Assembly: GCA_951406725.2 (NCBI GenBank)
Contig: OX597819.1
Location: 17,174,001 to 17,238,000, forward strand
DNA length: 64,000 bases
Direction of reading: 5' to 3'
Source: Octopus vulgaris
Taxonomy: Eukaryota
Shown here: one piece after another, positions 26,184 through 40,076 of the stretch
Numbering within the stretch: the stretch's first letter is position 1
How the letters are laid out: the number at the start of each line of letters is the position of its first letter
Translations under genes and position numbers: made by a program
The notes under the pieces: generated by a model
The model's input: only the letters and a program-made list of their open reading frames with translations
Told to the model about the DNA's origin: nothing
Databases searched by the model: none

Positions 26184-26492
26184 GTGGAGGCACATGGTCT
26201 AGTGGTTAGAGCAACGGACACGCGGTCGAGGGATCGCGGGTTCAAATCTTAGACCGGGCGATGTTTGTGTGTTTATGAGCGAAAACCCTAGGCTCCACGC
26301 GGCTCCGGCAGAAGCTAATGGCGAACTTCTGCTGACTCTTTCGCCACAATTTTCTCTCACTCTTTCCTCCTTCATCTAGCAGCTCACCGGCGACGGACCG
26401 GTGTCCCGTCCAGGTGGGGAACCTGTACGGCAATGAAACCGGGAAATAGGCCCTTATGAACTAGGCATGGCTCGAGAAGGAACAAACAGCAA
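26184..26492 (+). mobile_element. SINE family C variant with a different 3' half
   Basis: Family-C-like tRNA head, then GACGGACCGGTGTCCCGTCCAGG...AACAAACAGCAAC tail; flanks ACGTTA(T/G)GTAGGT. Confidence 0.8.
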
Positions 26493-26784
26493 CACGTTAG
26501 GTAGGTAAGTGAAATATTTTCAGAAAAAAACAGAAAAGCAGATTGTAGCAACAGAGGAACACATGTTTATTGGATTCGAAATACAAATCAGAATACTTCC
26601 TTATATTGATAAACAACCTGTAAGCACAAAGAGTACAGCGGATTAAATCTTTTTTCCTACATAACTGGTATTTATTTAACTGAGCTTGGAGTCAAGACAG
26701 ATAAGTCACAGTGGATACCAGTTTGCTATGACTTCAAAATGCGAAAAGTCTTTCTTATTCATCACGCTAGTCTACAGTGAGTAT

Positions 26785-26985
26785 CTCTATTGGAAATAGC
26801 AATTAAATCTACCACAAATCAAACTCTATCGTCTTATAAAGGGACATGCTGGATAACGGGATTCTGGTTTCCATGCACATTAGAAAATAATTACCAGATT
26901 GAAGCTATGGTTGGATTTACGTTTGTAAACATAGATCTCCACCAGGGTTGATCTAGGTTTTAATCAACAGCAACAAAAACAATAA
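26785..26985 (+). mobile_element. Old dispersed repeat family E with (CAA)n tail (fragments also at ~28160-28240, 29240-29335, 50110-50200, 60495-60635, 61270-61470)
   Basis: Shared degenerate AAATAGCA..AAATCT..CAAATC and GGTCATGGCTGGAA..TGATC..AAACAACAAC motifs. Confidence 0.55.
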
Positions 26986-27057
26986 ATGGTGGTCGTTCAA
27001 CCTGATACAAATAGCAATCTGCCGTTTTAGAAAGAAGAGAGCACACATTAAATATTG

Positions 27058-28110
27058 CTTTCAAATTTTTGTACATGGCCAAACAAGTTCGGGGCAGAGG
27101 ATAAGTCGATTACATCGACCCCCAGTAATCAAATGGTACTTATTTTATCGACTCCGAAAAGATGAAAGGCAAAGTGGATCTATTCGGTTTGACAGCCAGC
27201 ATCATTTTCTGTTCGGATTGATTTCATATTCACTATAATGGTGCATTTTTATTGGCTAATGGATGACGTGAAAATCATTTTCGCTATAAATCAATAAATA
27301 GAGTTATTAGCAATTAAAGCTTGAGAATTTTAGGTAATATTAGCCAATCGTAAGCCACAGACATATTCATGCCTGTTGCCATAGTAACAAGCAGAACATG
27401 AGAACTCGTTTGTCTGCATCAAAGCACGTGCTGACAATATTGAAAACCACTTGTTTTACCTGTCTGTTGACAATTGAGCATGTGAATTTATGAACTAGTC
27501 AAGAAAATGTTTGTTTTTTAAAAATATTTAATTTGTAATGTGCTCTTTTGTTTTCAGATAAACCTTATCGCATTAAACGCATATCGAATGCTTAAAACTG
27601 CAAAATATGTTTCGTTTAATCGTTTCTTGTTGCCTTTTGAGGTGAGCGCGAAGTGTGTTAAAAATAACACCTAAATAACGTTTTTGGATAAATCTTTTAA
27701 GTTCGTGCTATCACAATACCTAAAACTATAAAAGACGTGTTGTTTACACTTTCTCGACAATACCTGCTATTTTCAGGATGTTGACAAAATGTGCAGTCAC
27801 GCACAAAATGGCAGCTTCCAAATCCTGTTTCTTGACTGGGTGAATGAAAATGATCGAACTTTAAAACTCTATAATTTTTTAAAATCATTTTTCTAGTAAA
27901 AGTGAGCTAATTTCAGCAATTCAGCTTGCAAAAATATATTAACGAGTCAAATTAAAATTTTTTTCGATAAACTCTAAATTTTGAAATGCTGGTAACCAAA
28001 CAAAATAGATCCGGCAAAGTTGACTTCGGCGGAATTTGAACGTAAAGACAAGAGAAATGCTGTTAAGCATTTTGTCCGGCGTGCTAACGATTCTGCCAAC
28101 TCGCCGCCTT
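27058..28110 (-). mobile_element. SINE family A interrupted by a TIR element
   Basis: Core ...GATGAAAGGCAAAGT breaks at 27175 and resumes GGCAAAGTTGACTTCGGCGG at 28013. Confidence 0.88.
27176..28012. mobile_element. Non-autonomous DNA transposon (837 bp), 8-bp TSD, 5'-GG TIRs (Merlin- or hAT-like)
   Basis: TSD GGCAAAGT at 27168-27175 and 28013-28020; TIR GGATCTATT..GTTTG...CCAGCAT on both ends. Confidence 0.85.
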
Positions 28111-28449
28111 AAGCTCACATTAAATACTGGTTGGCGTTCTAGATACCGCCCGACTATAATGGAGGTAGGATGGTCATGGCTAGAAGGCCTTTGATCATAG
28201 GTTTCCTTATCAGGAATGACCCGGAGCTAAATAACAACCCATCAAAGAAAACATTCTATTTATAGAATATAGAACATTTTATTTATCTCTAAATACACAT
28301 TTGTTTGTCCACCCCCACCCTCTCATACCTAACAGGCGCTCACACACACGCACACACATACACACACACACAGAGGGAGAGCGCGCGCGCGAGAGAGAGA
28401 GAGATCAAACTGTATTCGCGGAAGGTCGTTCCATATATGGCCTGGGAAG

Positions 28450-28752
28450 CTCATCATCATCATCATCATCGACAACAACACAGAGGTCTTCTGGTATATT
28501 TTATCAACAGACCAGCACTATTAGAAGAAAAGAGCACCCCGCTACCACTACCACCACTACCAGCGCCGCTACCACCCAGCATCCAACATCACCAGCGTTA
28601 CCATCACTACCTCTTCCAGCAACACCACAGCCATTACCATGACCAACTCCATTACTACCTTCACCACAATTTCCACGATCATCATCGCCAAAACCATCAG
28701 CAACACCATATCCGTCGCCAATCGCCACTTCCATCTTCATCACCATCACCAC

Positions 28753-28784
<32 letters not shown>

Positions 28785-29039
28785 CCATCACCATCACCAT
28801 CACCATCACCACCATCATCATCATTATCATCACCATCACCATCACCATCACCATCACCATCAGTACCATTACCATTGTCATTATCGGACACCACCAACAT
28901 TATTCATAACCATCATCAGCGCCACTACACCCTGCAATCCCACCACCACCACCACCACCACCACCACCACTACTATTCTACTCTACTACTACTACTACTA
29001 CTACCACTACTACTACTACCACCACTACTACCACCACCC

Positions 29040-29091
<52 letters not shown>

Positions 29092-29260
29092 ACCGACAGC
29101 AGCAGCTACAGCATATAGTAGTAGTAGTAGTAGTAGTCGTAATTAACAATACTTTTACTGTTCAGACAAGGAAATTATTTCAGCCTAACATTAATTCTAG
29201 AAATTAACTAGTTTTGCTGCTGCTATTGTTGTTGGTGTTGTTGTTGTTGTTGTTGATCGT
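28450..29260. repeat. Compound (CAT)n/(CAC)n/(TAC)n/(GTT)n trinucleotide tract
   Basis: Directly visible repeats. Confidence 0.9.
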
Positions 29261-29860
29261 CATCGTCGTTATTGCTTAGCTCCATGTCAGCCATGATTTA
29301 GCAAATCATTTTTCAAGTGTTCCAGCCATGACCACCACACTTTTGCTTGATATAATGTAGAAATTCATTATCAGATATATATATATATATAGTAAATGGA
29401 TCTCCGTCGATATTTGCCGATGGATATTCAGTTGTTCGATCAAGTGAATAATGAGAATTAGTGTAAAAGAGGATGAGTATTTCGCAGCCCGTACGACCCT
29501 TTAACATAATAATCTTTGTGCAGAATCTGCGAAATGAGGTTTGCGTTACAGGTAGAATCTCTCTGATGGGCTTCCATCCGGTTTCCACTAGACAAAAGAG
29601 AGGAGTTGGGAGCAGTGTTTTGATGACATTGCGTATCTGAAGCATCCGAGACAAGAGGATCGAGGGGAAGATGTCATCCTCAAACCGAAAGCCTGCCTAG
29701 AATACTAGCAACAGAGTAAAGGCACTTGGGGATCAGGTGGTGGTATTTGAACTGGGTGGCAAATAGTTTAGTATCTAAGAGCTCAGGACATAAAGCATCC
29801 TCCTCCGATGCTGTAAGAACTCCGGCAATCTGTTTGAACCGGTCGTACTTTATAGAGCTC

Positions 29861-30094
29861 AAGGCGGCGAGCTGGCAGAAGCGTTAGCACGCCGGGCGAA
29901 ATGCTCAGCAGTATTTCGTCTGCCGCTACGTTCTGAGTTCAAATTCCGCCGAGGTCGACTTTGCCTTTCATCCTTTCGGGGTCGATTAAATAAGTACCAG
30001 TTACGCACTGGGGTCGATATAATCGACTTAATCCGTTTGTCTGTCCTTGTTTGTCCCCTCTGTGTTTAGCCCCTTGTGGGTAGTAAAGAAATAG
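29861..30094 (+). mobile_element. SINE family A, full length, 16-bp TSD
   Basis: TSD GTACTTTATAGAGCTC at 29845 and 30095. Confidence 0.95.
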
Positions 30095-31769
30095 GTACTT
30101 TATAGAGCTCGTAAGGACGAAAGGCAGGATCTAAACTTAGAGTGCAGAGAGCTTGAACAAATACAGCAAAGCATTTTGTGTCATACGTTTTTACGATTTG
30201 ATCAGTTTGGTTCCTAAAATAACTAGAAAGACGGCGCTACGTTGTGAAACGACCGCTGTTCTTGTGATGTCCGTGTGGTAAAGAAAACACATGAGGAAGA
30301 TATCAATATACACTGGTACCATTGATGAGGGGTTTGCAGATATAACACCCAAAATACACTTTCAGATATACATCCATTAATATTAGTATTATTACAATCA
30401 GAAGATATGTCCCAATCCACTCGAGATGAAAATATGACAGAATTTGAATTTTAGAAGAAAGAAGAAAGACCGTAGCTCCAAAAGCTTTACACTACAGATA
30501 TTTATTGATTCCTATCGACACAAGTCTGTCTTGAAATTTAAAGATTGAGTGGATGCACAAAAAAAGTCAAAAAGAACAAGGCAGCCGATGAAAAATTTCT
30601 TTAGAACACTGTTAACCGAGCCGGAGGCCAACCAAAATAATATTTTAAACACTAATCAGGCAGGGAAAGCACACATGCACATACATACCTACACACACAT
30701 ACACGTACATACCTACATACATGCCTACGTGCACATACACATACATAGCTACATACACATACGCATACATACCTACACACACATACATACATGCCAACAC
30801 ACATACACATACTTACCTACACACACATACACATACATACTTACACACACATACCTACACACACATACATACATGCCAACACACAAACACATACATAGCT
30901 ACATACACATACGCATACATACCTACACACACATACATACATGCCAACACACATACACATACTTACCTACACACACATACACATACATACTTACACACAC
31001 ATACACATACATACCTATACACATACATACATACACACATACGCATGGATACCTAAACACAGATACATAGCTACACCCACATACACATAGATACCTACTC
31101 ACATATACATACCTACACATATACACATACATACACACATACACATATCAACGCACATATACATACATACATGCACATACACGTACATACTTGCATATAC
31201 ACATACATACCTACACACACATACATATCTACACCCACATACATACTTATACACATATCTACATACACACATACGCATAGATACCTACACACATACATAT
31301 CTACATACACATACGCATACATAACTACACGCACACACACACACACACACACACTCATACATTTATATTCGATTTTTGATAATTTGGGAATGATATGAAG
31401 CTGTTTTGACCGATTGGAGAGTTTATTCATTATACCATTCAATTTATTTCTACCTACACACACACACACATACACACACACACACACACACACATACCTA
31501 CAAACATATACACATACATACCTACATACGTATACATACATTTCCTAGCAAACTTTCCGCTAGAAATGTTTCGCCTGATTTCATTTAACTTTATACACCA
31601 GCACATGATGGCCAATATAATTCTGCAAAGGAAGTTAATTATATACTTTAGAAATAATTTCTATAGAGTGGTGAACCAACAGAATCGTTAGCCTGCCGTA
31701 CAAAATGCTTAGCAGCATTTCTTCCGATTCTTTACGCTCTGAGATCAAATCCTGCCGAAGTCAGCCTTA

Positions 31770-32810
31770 TAGGCGCACGTATTTGGTTAAGAAAGTTCCA
31801 GGTTTAGTCACCCTGCAATGCCTCCTGGGAAAGTGTCTCCTGGGCCGACTCGTGGCTTGTGAATTTGGCAGGCGGAAAAAAAAACTGTGGGGAAGCCCGT
31901 CGTATACATAAATAAATAGGCAGGTGTAGGAAATGGAGTAGATAAATCTGTACCCTTATAGAAGCTGTGTGTATATGCTTGATGCAAACGAAATGCCTGT
32001 ACCAAAATCTTTTTAGATTATACTTCTCTGTTATATATAATTGTATGTATGTATGTATGTATGTATGTATGTATGTATGTATGTATGTATGTATGTATGT
32101 ATGTATATATGTATGTATGTATGTATGTGTGTATGTATGTATGTATGTATGTATGTATGTATGTATGTGTGTATGTATGTATGTGTGTATGTATGTATGT
32201 ATGTATGTGTGTATGTATGTATGTATGTATGTATGTATGTATATGTATGTATGTATGTATGTATGTGTGTGTGTGTATGTATGTATGTATGTATATATGT
32301 ATGTATGTGTGCGTGCGTGTGCGTGTATGTATGTATGTGTGTGTGTGTGTAAGTATGTATGTATGTATGTATGTATGTATGTGTGTGTGTGTATGTATGT
32401 ATGTATATATGTATGTATGTGTGTGTGTGCGTGTATGTATGTATGTATGTATGTGTTTGTGTGTATGTATGTGTGTGTGTGTGTGTGTATGTGTTTGTGT
32501 GCGCATTTATGTATGTATGTATGTGTTTGTATGTGTGTCGTTGTGCCTATGTATGCGTGTTTGTGTTTGTTTGCTTCTGTGTGTGTAATTGTGTGTGTGA
32601 CTTTCTGCTTGGGCGTGTTTGCCCCATACCTATTGACAACAGGTGTTGGTTTGTCGCCCGCGCCTTCGTAACTTAGCGATTCGACAAGAGACACCAATAG
32701 AATAAGTACCAGGCCCAAATAAATACTAGGGTCGACATGTTCCGCTAAAAGTCTTCAAGGTGGCGCCCTTAACATGCCCAATAGCTGAAAGAGGTAAAGG
32801 ATTAAAAGAA
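31770..32810 (+). mobile_element. SINE family B, diverged, with greatly expanded internal (GTAT)n/(GT)n
   Basis: Head remnant ending AAGCCCGTCGTATA (~31904); tail resumes TTGACAACAGGTGTTGG...TAGAATAAGTACCAGG (~32633). Confidence 0.7.
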
Positions 32811-33161
32811 CTTGGCTCATCTCGTTCATTATGCAAAGTTCATTGTTGCTGTTCGTTTCAAGTGAACGTTTGCTTCGAATTCAACGTAATCCAGTCATTC
32901 GTAATTAGGTTAATAAATCAATTTTTATGTCGGGGACAACTCTGCTACAGTTTAATTTATTTTCATTTACGCGTCTCCAACTAAATAGCACTACACACAC
33001 ACACACACACACATACACACACATACACTAACACACGCACGCACATACACACACATTCCCACAGGTATATGGGATGTGTAGATGTATTTATATGTATGAA
33101 TATATATGTGTGAGCGTATGAATGTATATGTATGTATATATATATACATTTATATACATAC

Positions 33162-33203
<42 letters not shown>

Positions 33204-33356
33204 ACACATACACACACACACGCACGCACGCACGCACGCACGTACACACACATTCCCACAGGTATATGGGATGTGTAGATGTATTTATATGTATGTATAT
33301 ATGTGTGTGTGTGTATGAATGTATATGTATGTATATATATATATACATTTATATAC

Positions 33357-33521
33357 ACTGGTGTGTTTACGTCCCCGTCACTTAGCGGTTTGGCAAAAGA
33401 GACCGATAGAATAAGTACTGGGCTTACAAAAGAATAAGTCCCGGGGTCGAGTTGCTCGATTAAAGGTGGTGCTCCAGCATGGCCGCAGTCAAATGACTGA
33501 AACAAGTAAAAGAGTAAAAGA

Positions 33522-33525
<4 letters not shown>
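33357..33525 (+). mobile_element. SINE family B, 3' half
   Basis: CTGGTGTGTTTACGTCCCCG...CAAGTAAAAGAGTAAAAGAG. Confidence 0.88.
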
Positions 33526-33570
<45 letters not shown>

Positions 33571-33890
33571 TATATCAACACACACATACATAGAGCACAA
33601 CTGACGCTGTCTATAATTTTGGACAGACGTATATTACATGTAATTATATAATTTCATGTAAGTATATGCATACATCATAGTTTACACATACATACTTGCA
33701 TATGTGTGTGTGTGTGTGTGCATACATATATACGTGAATCACCTTCTATGTACACGTGTGTGTGTGTGTGCTTGCTAGTTATTTTCCTGTCAATTTGTAA
33801 ACTATTTTTTATGTATAGCTGAAACAAAGAAACATTCATGACTTGATTAAAGTCAAAATATCTCACCCCCATACACCTCACTCTACACCG

Positions 33891-33937
<47 letters not shown>

Positions 33938-34259
33938 CACACGCACGCACACACGCTCACACGCACGCGCACAGCACATAACTCAGTACAGTTTATCTCT
34001 CCTCACAATAGCTTCTTTGCTCAGGGATGTACATACGTAGATTAGAACGATGAAACAAACGGCGCCAGTGACTTGTCCATCGCTACGAAACCATTACTAC
34101 CTACCTACCTACCTACCTACCTATCTACGTACAGTGAAGCCCCACTGAGATTATTGAAAGCTGCAACTATCAGGCGGGCAGGAGGAGGTAGAGATTAAAA
34201 ATAACCTAACCTCTGTTGTTTCTGCGACCTGATTCCTTTACATAAACAATGCAGTACAT

Positions 34260-34665
34260 AACCACCACCACCACCACCACCACCACCACCACCACCACCA
34301 CCACCACCACCACCACCACCACCACCACCACCACCACCACCACCACCACCACCACTACCACCACCACCACCACCACCACCACAATCCAATCATTCCATCC
34401 ATCCATACCACTACAGCCACAATACTCTTCTTTTTCTTTTTCTTCTCCTCCTCCTCCTCCTCCTCCTCCTTCTTCTTCTTCTTCTTTTCCTCCCTCTCTT
34501 CCTCCTCCACTGTTATCCTCTTCGTCGCCACCATCATCATCAGCCTCAACCGCTCTGGAATCAAGTTTCATACTTTAAAAATGAAGAAGAAGAAGAAGAA
34601 GAGGAAGGTGATGATGATGATGATATTGATGATGATGATGATGATGACGATGATGATTATGATAT

Positions 34666-34704
<39 letters not shown>

Positions 34705-34716
34705 CGATTATGATAT

Positions 34717-34763
<47 letters not shown>

Positions 34764-34840
34764 ATGATATTGATGATGATGATGATGATGATGATGATGA
34801 CGATGATGATTATGATATTGATGATGATGATGATGATGAT
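34260..34840. repeat. (CAC)n, (CCT)n and (GAT)n higher-order microsatellite
   Basis: Visible repeats with a recurring GATTATGATATTGAT interruption. Confidence 0.9.
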
Positions 34841-35068
34841 ACTGTTGAGTAGGAGTAGGAATAGGTGGAGGACGAAGAGGAAGGTAATAAAGAATTAATA
34901 GAGAAGGATGGAAAGAAGTGAAGAAGATAAAGAGAACAGGAAACCCTATAATGGTTGTTATAATAAAAGCACTGATTCCTTAAATCAAAGAACTTACTGT
35001 CCGTCAAAGAAGGAGAGAGAGAGGAAGAAGAGGGAAGGAGATAGATAAGGACGAAGAGAAAAAGAGAA

Positions 35069-35112
<44 letters not shown>

Positions 35113-35271
35113 AGAGAGAGTGATGCACAGAGAGGTGCGGAGAGGTGCTAGAAGAGAGGCGGAAGACGTGCGTTATTAGTACAAAGAAAGGGGGAGGTAA
35201 TTAATGGGCAAGTCACACAAGAGTAAACATATTTACATAACCACACACACACGTTTGTATGTGTGTATGGT

Positions 35272-35310
<39 letters not shown>

Positions 35311-35409
35311 GCTTAAAAACGCACGTGTGAACAGGGATATATATATATATATATATATATGAAGGCGAACATACCAAATGCGCATACGCACACGCGAATA
35401 GGTATGTAG

Positions 35410-35461
<52 letters not shown>

Positions 35462-35600
35462 CTAAGCATACGCACACGCACATACAGACACACACATGTA
35501 TGTATATATATGGGGACTAGCATCCGTTCGTCTCGAGAGAACATGGACGTGCACCTGGACAGTTATGATATGTTTGTGTGTGTGTGGGTGCATGCGTGAA

Positions 35601-35645
<45 letters not shown>

Positions 35646-35926
35646 CATACATATATATATGAATGTATGTATCGATGTGTGTGTATATATATATATATAT
35701 ATATCTGTATATATGAATACACGTACGTAGTTGGAGCAAGTTTATCATTCAACAATAGCTATTATCCATTATTCCTGACTCACACTTTGGCCCATTTACC
35801 TCTTATCAGGCAGACTTAGAAGGGATGGTTGTCTTAGACAAAAAACAAACGAATCAACTGTCTTGTAAACCCTAAGCTATTTCTTTGGGATAGGTTAAAG
35901 GTTTGGTAATGTAAAGTTTTCTTTAT

Positions 35927-35965
<39 letters not shown>

Positions 35966-36105
35966 TGATAATTATTCTGGGCTTTTACGACCCCCTGATG
36001 GATAGACAAATCTAAGTAAATGGTTTGGTTATACTGCGGTAAGTTTTAGCGAGAGGTTATATACACATACACACGCGCACAAACACGCACACGCACATAC
36101 ACGCA

Positions 36106-36157
<52 letters not shown>

Positions 36158-36619
36158 CATACACACATATGATACACACACACACACGTATATACGAGTG
36201 TAGGTGCGTATATATATGCAATATATTAATACATAGATATCTTTATAAGTATATATGAATACACAAACGAACAAGCAACACATATGAGAGAGAGGGAGAG
36301 AGGGAGAGAAAGAGAGAGAGGGAGAGAGAGAGAAAGAGAGAGAGGGAGTAATCGGAAGTTAGGGTGCGTGACACAACCAACATTTCAGGCACCCTTTATA
36401 TCTTTGTACCCTGAAACAGAAAGCTGCGATGTTATTCCGCGTATTTTCTTCAAACTTTCTTTCTGCTGTACCCATGGGTAGGAAGTACCAAAAGTACATG
36501 ATTTGGCGGTTTCAGCGTACATAACAAACCATTTTCGTTTGACCACAGCCGGTTCCATTCAAGAGAAAGCGCCCGCGCGCCTGACATAGGAAGAGAGAGC
36601 AAGGAAACAAGAGAGAAAG

Positions 36620-36753
<134 letters not shown>

Positions 36754-36775
36754 CCTGTCTATTTGTCTGTCTGTC

Positions 36776-36834
<59 letters not shown>

Positions 36835-36840
36835 ATCCAG

Positions 36841-37252
36841 CTTAACGTGGATGTCTTGTTAGGTATTGAATACTGCGATATTAATCTGGAGAGGAACTCT
36901 CATATAGACGCATGGCGCATAAAAGGACGGTCATATCGAAAAAGACGAGAATCGACTGTTTTGGGCGTCGGACGTGTCAGGTCATGTGATTTCAGTCTAC
37001 TGGACCTTCTCAGAGGCAGGCGTCCGGTGAACACATACCCGCCAAATTTCGTTACCACAAAATATAGAATTTCAGTGTCTTTTCAATCACTGATGGCACA
37101 AATAGCTAGTAGACTTATAAAAATATGGTCAGTAGGGACAGAAACAGTATGCAAAATATGTCTGCGCTTTCATGCACGGAGCGCATAAATAAGAGGATCT
37201 CTCAAGGCGAATACCGCAGTATTCGGCGTTCTGACAAGACATCCATGTTAAG
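36841..37252. mobile_element. MITE-like element with ~85-bp imperfect TIRs
   Basis: CTTAACGTGGATGTCTTGTTAG...GAATACTGCG vs CGCAGTATTC...CTGACAAGACATCCATGTTAAG. Confidence 0.8.
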
Positions 37253-37499
37253 ATAGATATATATATAGATTGGCTGTTAGTTCAATATTGCTACCGTCCA
37301 TAAACAAAAATCCAGGTTATGCTGGATATATACACAAAGTGAGATAGGGGTTATGAATGTAACCCACTATGGGATATCATTTCTAGGTATATATACACTT
37401 ATATGTATATGTATATATGTATATATGCATATTCTTGTATATGTGTACCTTGTTTAATATTTATATTTGCATTTTATATCTTCATAATTGTACTTTATA

Positions 37500-37623
37500 A
37501 TCTCTGACGAGGTCTTGATATATATATAAGTAACTCATTTTTAACTACATATTACCTTAATACATCTGACTAATATGGGCATAATGAGAGACCCTTATCT
37601 ACCGACTGAAACAGCTGTAAGAT
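37500..37623 (+). ncRNA. Type-I hammerhead-like motif with canonical core and long stem-II loop, in a PLE-like terminal repeat (37290-37765)
   Basis: ATCT-CTGACGA-GGTC..(~90 nt)..GACT-GAAA-CAGCTG-TA-AGAT; palindromic ACAGCTGT stem III, GUA cleavage triplet. Confidence 0.65.
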
Positions 37624-37836
37624 CCATTTATATTGTATTATTTTTATGGTATTATATTACTTATTGATGTATATTGTTTTATTCTGTCTTATTCTGTTGG
37701 ATTTGGATATTCCTATTTAATATAAATAATTACTTAATAAATTATATGAATTGGTATTATCTGGAAGTTGATGATTGAAAGAAATCTATTCCTCCATTTC
37801 CTTATTTTGTATTATATATATATGCACACACACACA

Positions 37837-37913
<77 letters not shown>

Positions 37914-37937
37914 GTATATATATATATATGCATACAT

Positions 37938-38300
37938 GAAGGCGCAATGGCCCAGTGGTTAGGGCAATGGACTCGCGGTCGTAGGATCGTGGTTTCGATT
38001 CCCAGATCGGGAATTGTGAGTGTTTATTGAACGAAAACACCTAAAGCTCCAAGTGGCTCCAACAGTGGGTATTGGCGGAGCCTGGTGTACTCTTTCAAAA
38101 CAACTTTCTCTCACTCTTTCTTCCTGTTTGTGTTGTACTTGTATTTCAAAGGGCCGGTCTTGTCACACTCTGTGTCACGCTGAATCTCCCCGAGAACTAC
38201 GTTAAGGATACACATGTCTGTGGAGTGCTCAGCCACATGCTGTTCCGTTGATCGGATCAACTGGAACCTTCGTCGTCGTAACCGACAGAGTGTCACGACA
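37938..38300 (+). mobile_element. SINE family C (tRNA-derived)
   Basis: GGCGCAATGGCCCAGTGGTTAGGGCA A-box, GGTTTCGATTCC B-box, body ending CGTCGTCGTAACCGAC. Confidence 0.92.
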
Positions 38301-38305
38301 ACGAC

Positions 38306-38336
<31 letters not shown>

Positions 38337-38342
38337 CATACA

Positions 38343-38373
<31 letters not shown>

Positions 38374-38379
38374 TTATAT

Positions 38380-39805
38380 ATGAGACTTTGGAAGGCAGCT
38401 CCTTGAGCAACACTCTTTGTCTGATAACGTAGAATACAAGCCCAAAGAAGTCGCACGACTCTGCCGCAACGTATCATCAGATGAAAGGATGAACCTGTAT
38501 GAGGAGAAGACTATGCATGGATATGTTAGTAGAAAGCTCCGAAATGAGAGTAACATCCATCATGAAAGCAGTCCATCATGGACCAATATCCAACTCCCAC
38601 CCTAAAGGGTATGCGTCTGCAATCAGGAACAGGAAATATCAACCAAATAAATACCTATTTCTTTATTACCCACAAGGGACTAAACACAGAGGGGACAAAC
38701 AAGGACAGACATAGGTATTAAGTCGATTACATCGACCCCAGTGCGCAACTGGTACTTAATTTATCGACCCCGAAAGGATGAAAGGCAAAGTCGACCTCGG
38801 CGGAATTTGAACTCACAACGTAACGCAGACGAAATACCGCTAAGCATTACGCCCGGCGCGCTAACGTTTCTGCCAGCTCGCCGCCTCAACCAAATAAATA
38901 CCGGATGCACAAAAGTGATAGAGATGCAGGAAAAGCAGTAAAATGTGACAACTGATGCAGACCTTGTGGAGTGCACACTGAAGATATCACCCACATCATA
39001 AGCAGGTATCCGAAAATGTCATCACTGTATTATCCACCGATGAGACAAGATGTAGTTAGGACATCTACAAGATGTAGATAACCCTGAGGACATAGAAATA
39101 AGAACCCACTATATGGTAGAAGCCATAGCCACTCCTGATAAAAAGGAATACTGGTGCAATGTCCCGGTGAAGACCTCAATAAAATGTAAGCACAACAGGT
39201 CTGATATAATGATTCGGGATAGAGAAGAGAAACTGCGTACAGTTGTGGAAATTAGCTGCCCAGCGGATGTTAACATAAAGCTGAAGTTGAGTGAAAAACA
39301 GAACACCTATGCTGAATTAGTGAGAAATCTGCAGTTACACTATACAGATTACAAGTTCATGTTTATACCTGTTATTATTGGGGCCCTGGGATACGCAACA
39401 CACTGCCTAAATACCAATCCTGAGAAATTAGGCTTCTCAAAACCAGAAAGGAGAAACCTAATTCGAAGACTACAGATCCAATCCATTACTAGAACCGTAA
39501 AAATATGTAAACTTACCAGATGTTTATCATTTAAATATATATGAGCGTGGCTAGATATGCAACTATATGCATTAGAATACATACATAAAACAGGCAAATC
39601 TGCACAGACATACATGCATGCATACATACATACATACATACATACATACATACATACATACATACATACATACATACATGCATACATAAAAACAAAAATA
39701 CTCTGTTGCTGATCTTGAAATTGCAATGAAGGAACCTTGGATCTGGGTTAGAAACCGGTTCTTTCTCTATTGGCAAGAAATCTAGAAATAAACTGAATAA
39801 TGACA
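38380..39805 (+). mobile_element. Degraded R4/Dong-type (RLE) LINE 3' portion, interrupted by SINE A
   Basis: EEKTMHGY..., CRPCGVHTEDITHII (CCHC relic), HNRSDIMI...VVEISCPADVNIKLKLSEKQNTY...IPVIIGALG (restriction-like endonuclease); flanked by (CATA)n. Confidence 0.88.
38656..38885 (-). mobile_element. SINE family A, full length, 17-bp TSD
   Basis: TSD TCAACCAAATAAATACC at 38639 and 38886. Confidence 0.95.
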
Positions 39806-40033
39806 TGCTTACATACATTCATACACACACACACACACACACACACACGCATAAAGACACACACATATACACACATCCGTACATGTATAGCAAGTCATAC
39901 ATTGCGTGCTTGTGATATAATGTCTATGTTATTAGTGTGTGTGCGCGTGTGTGTTAGTGTGTGTGTGTGTGCGCGTGCCTGCGTGTGTGTATAATATGTA
40001 TTATGTACGTGATGTGTATTATATGTATACACG

Positions 40034-40076
<43 letters not shown>

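Noticed and set aside
28305-29207. 300-aa His/Ser/Leu-rich ORF
   Set aside because: Compound trinucleotide repeats; no coding signature
33040-33320. Local tandem duplications (also 30720-31040, 45660-45870, 62935-63060)
   Set aside because: Ordinary slippage or unequal-exchange duplications inside microsatellite tracts
34581-34898. Poly-Met ORF (superficially reflectin-like)
   Set aside because: Pure (GAT)n microsatellite; lacks reflectin motifs
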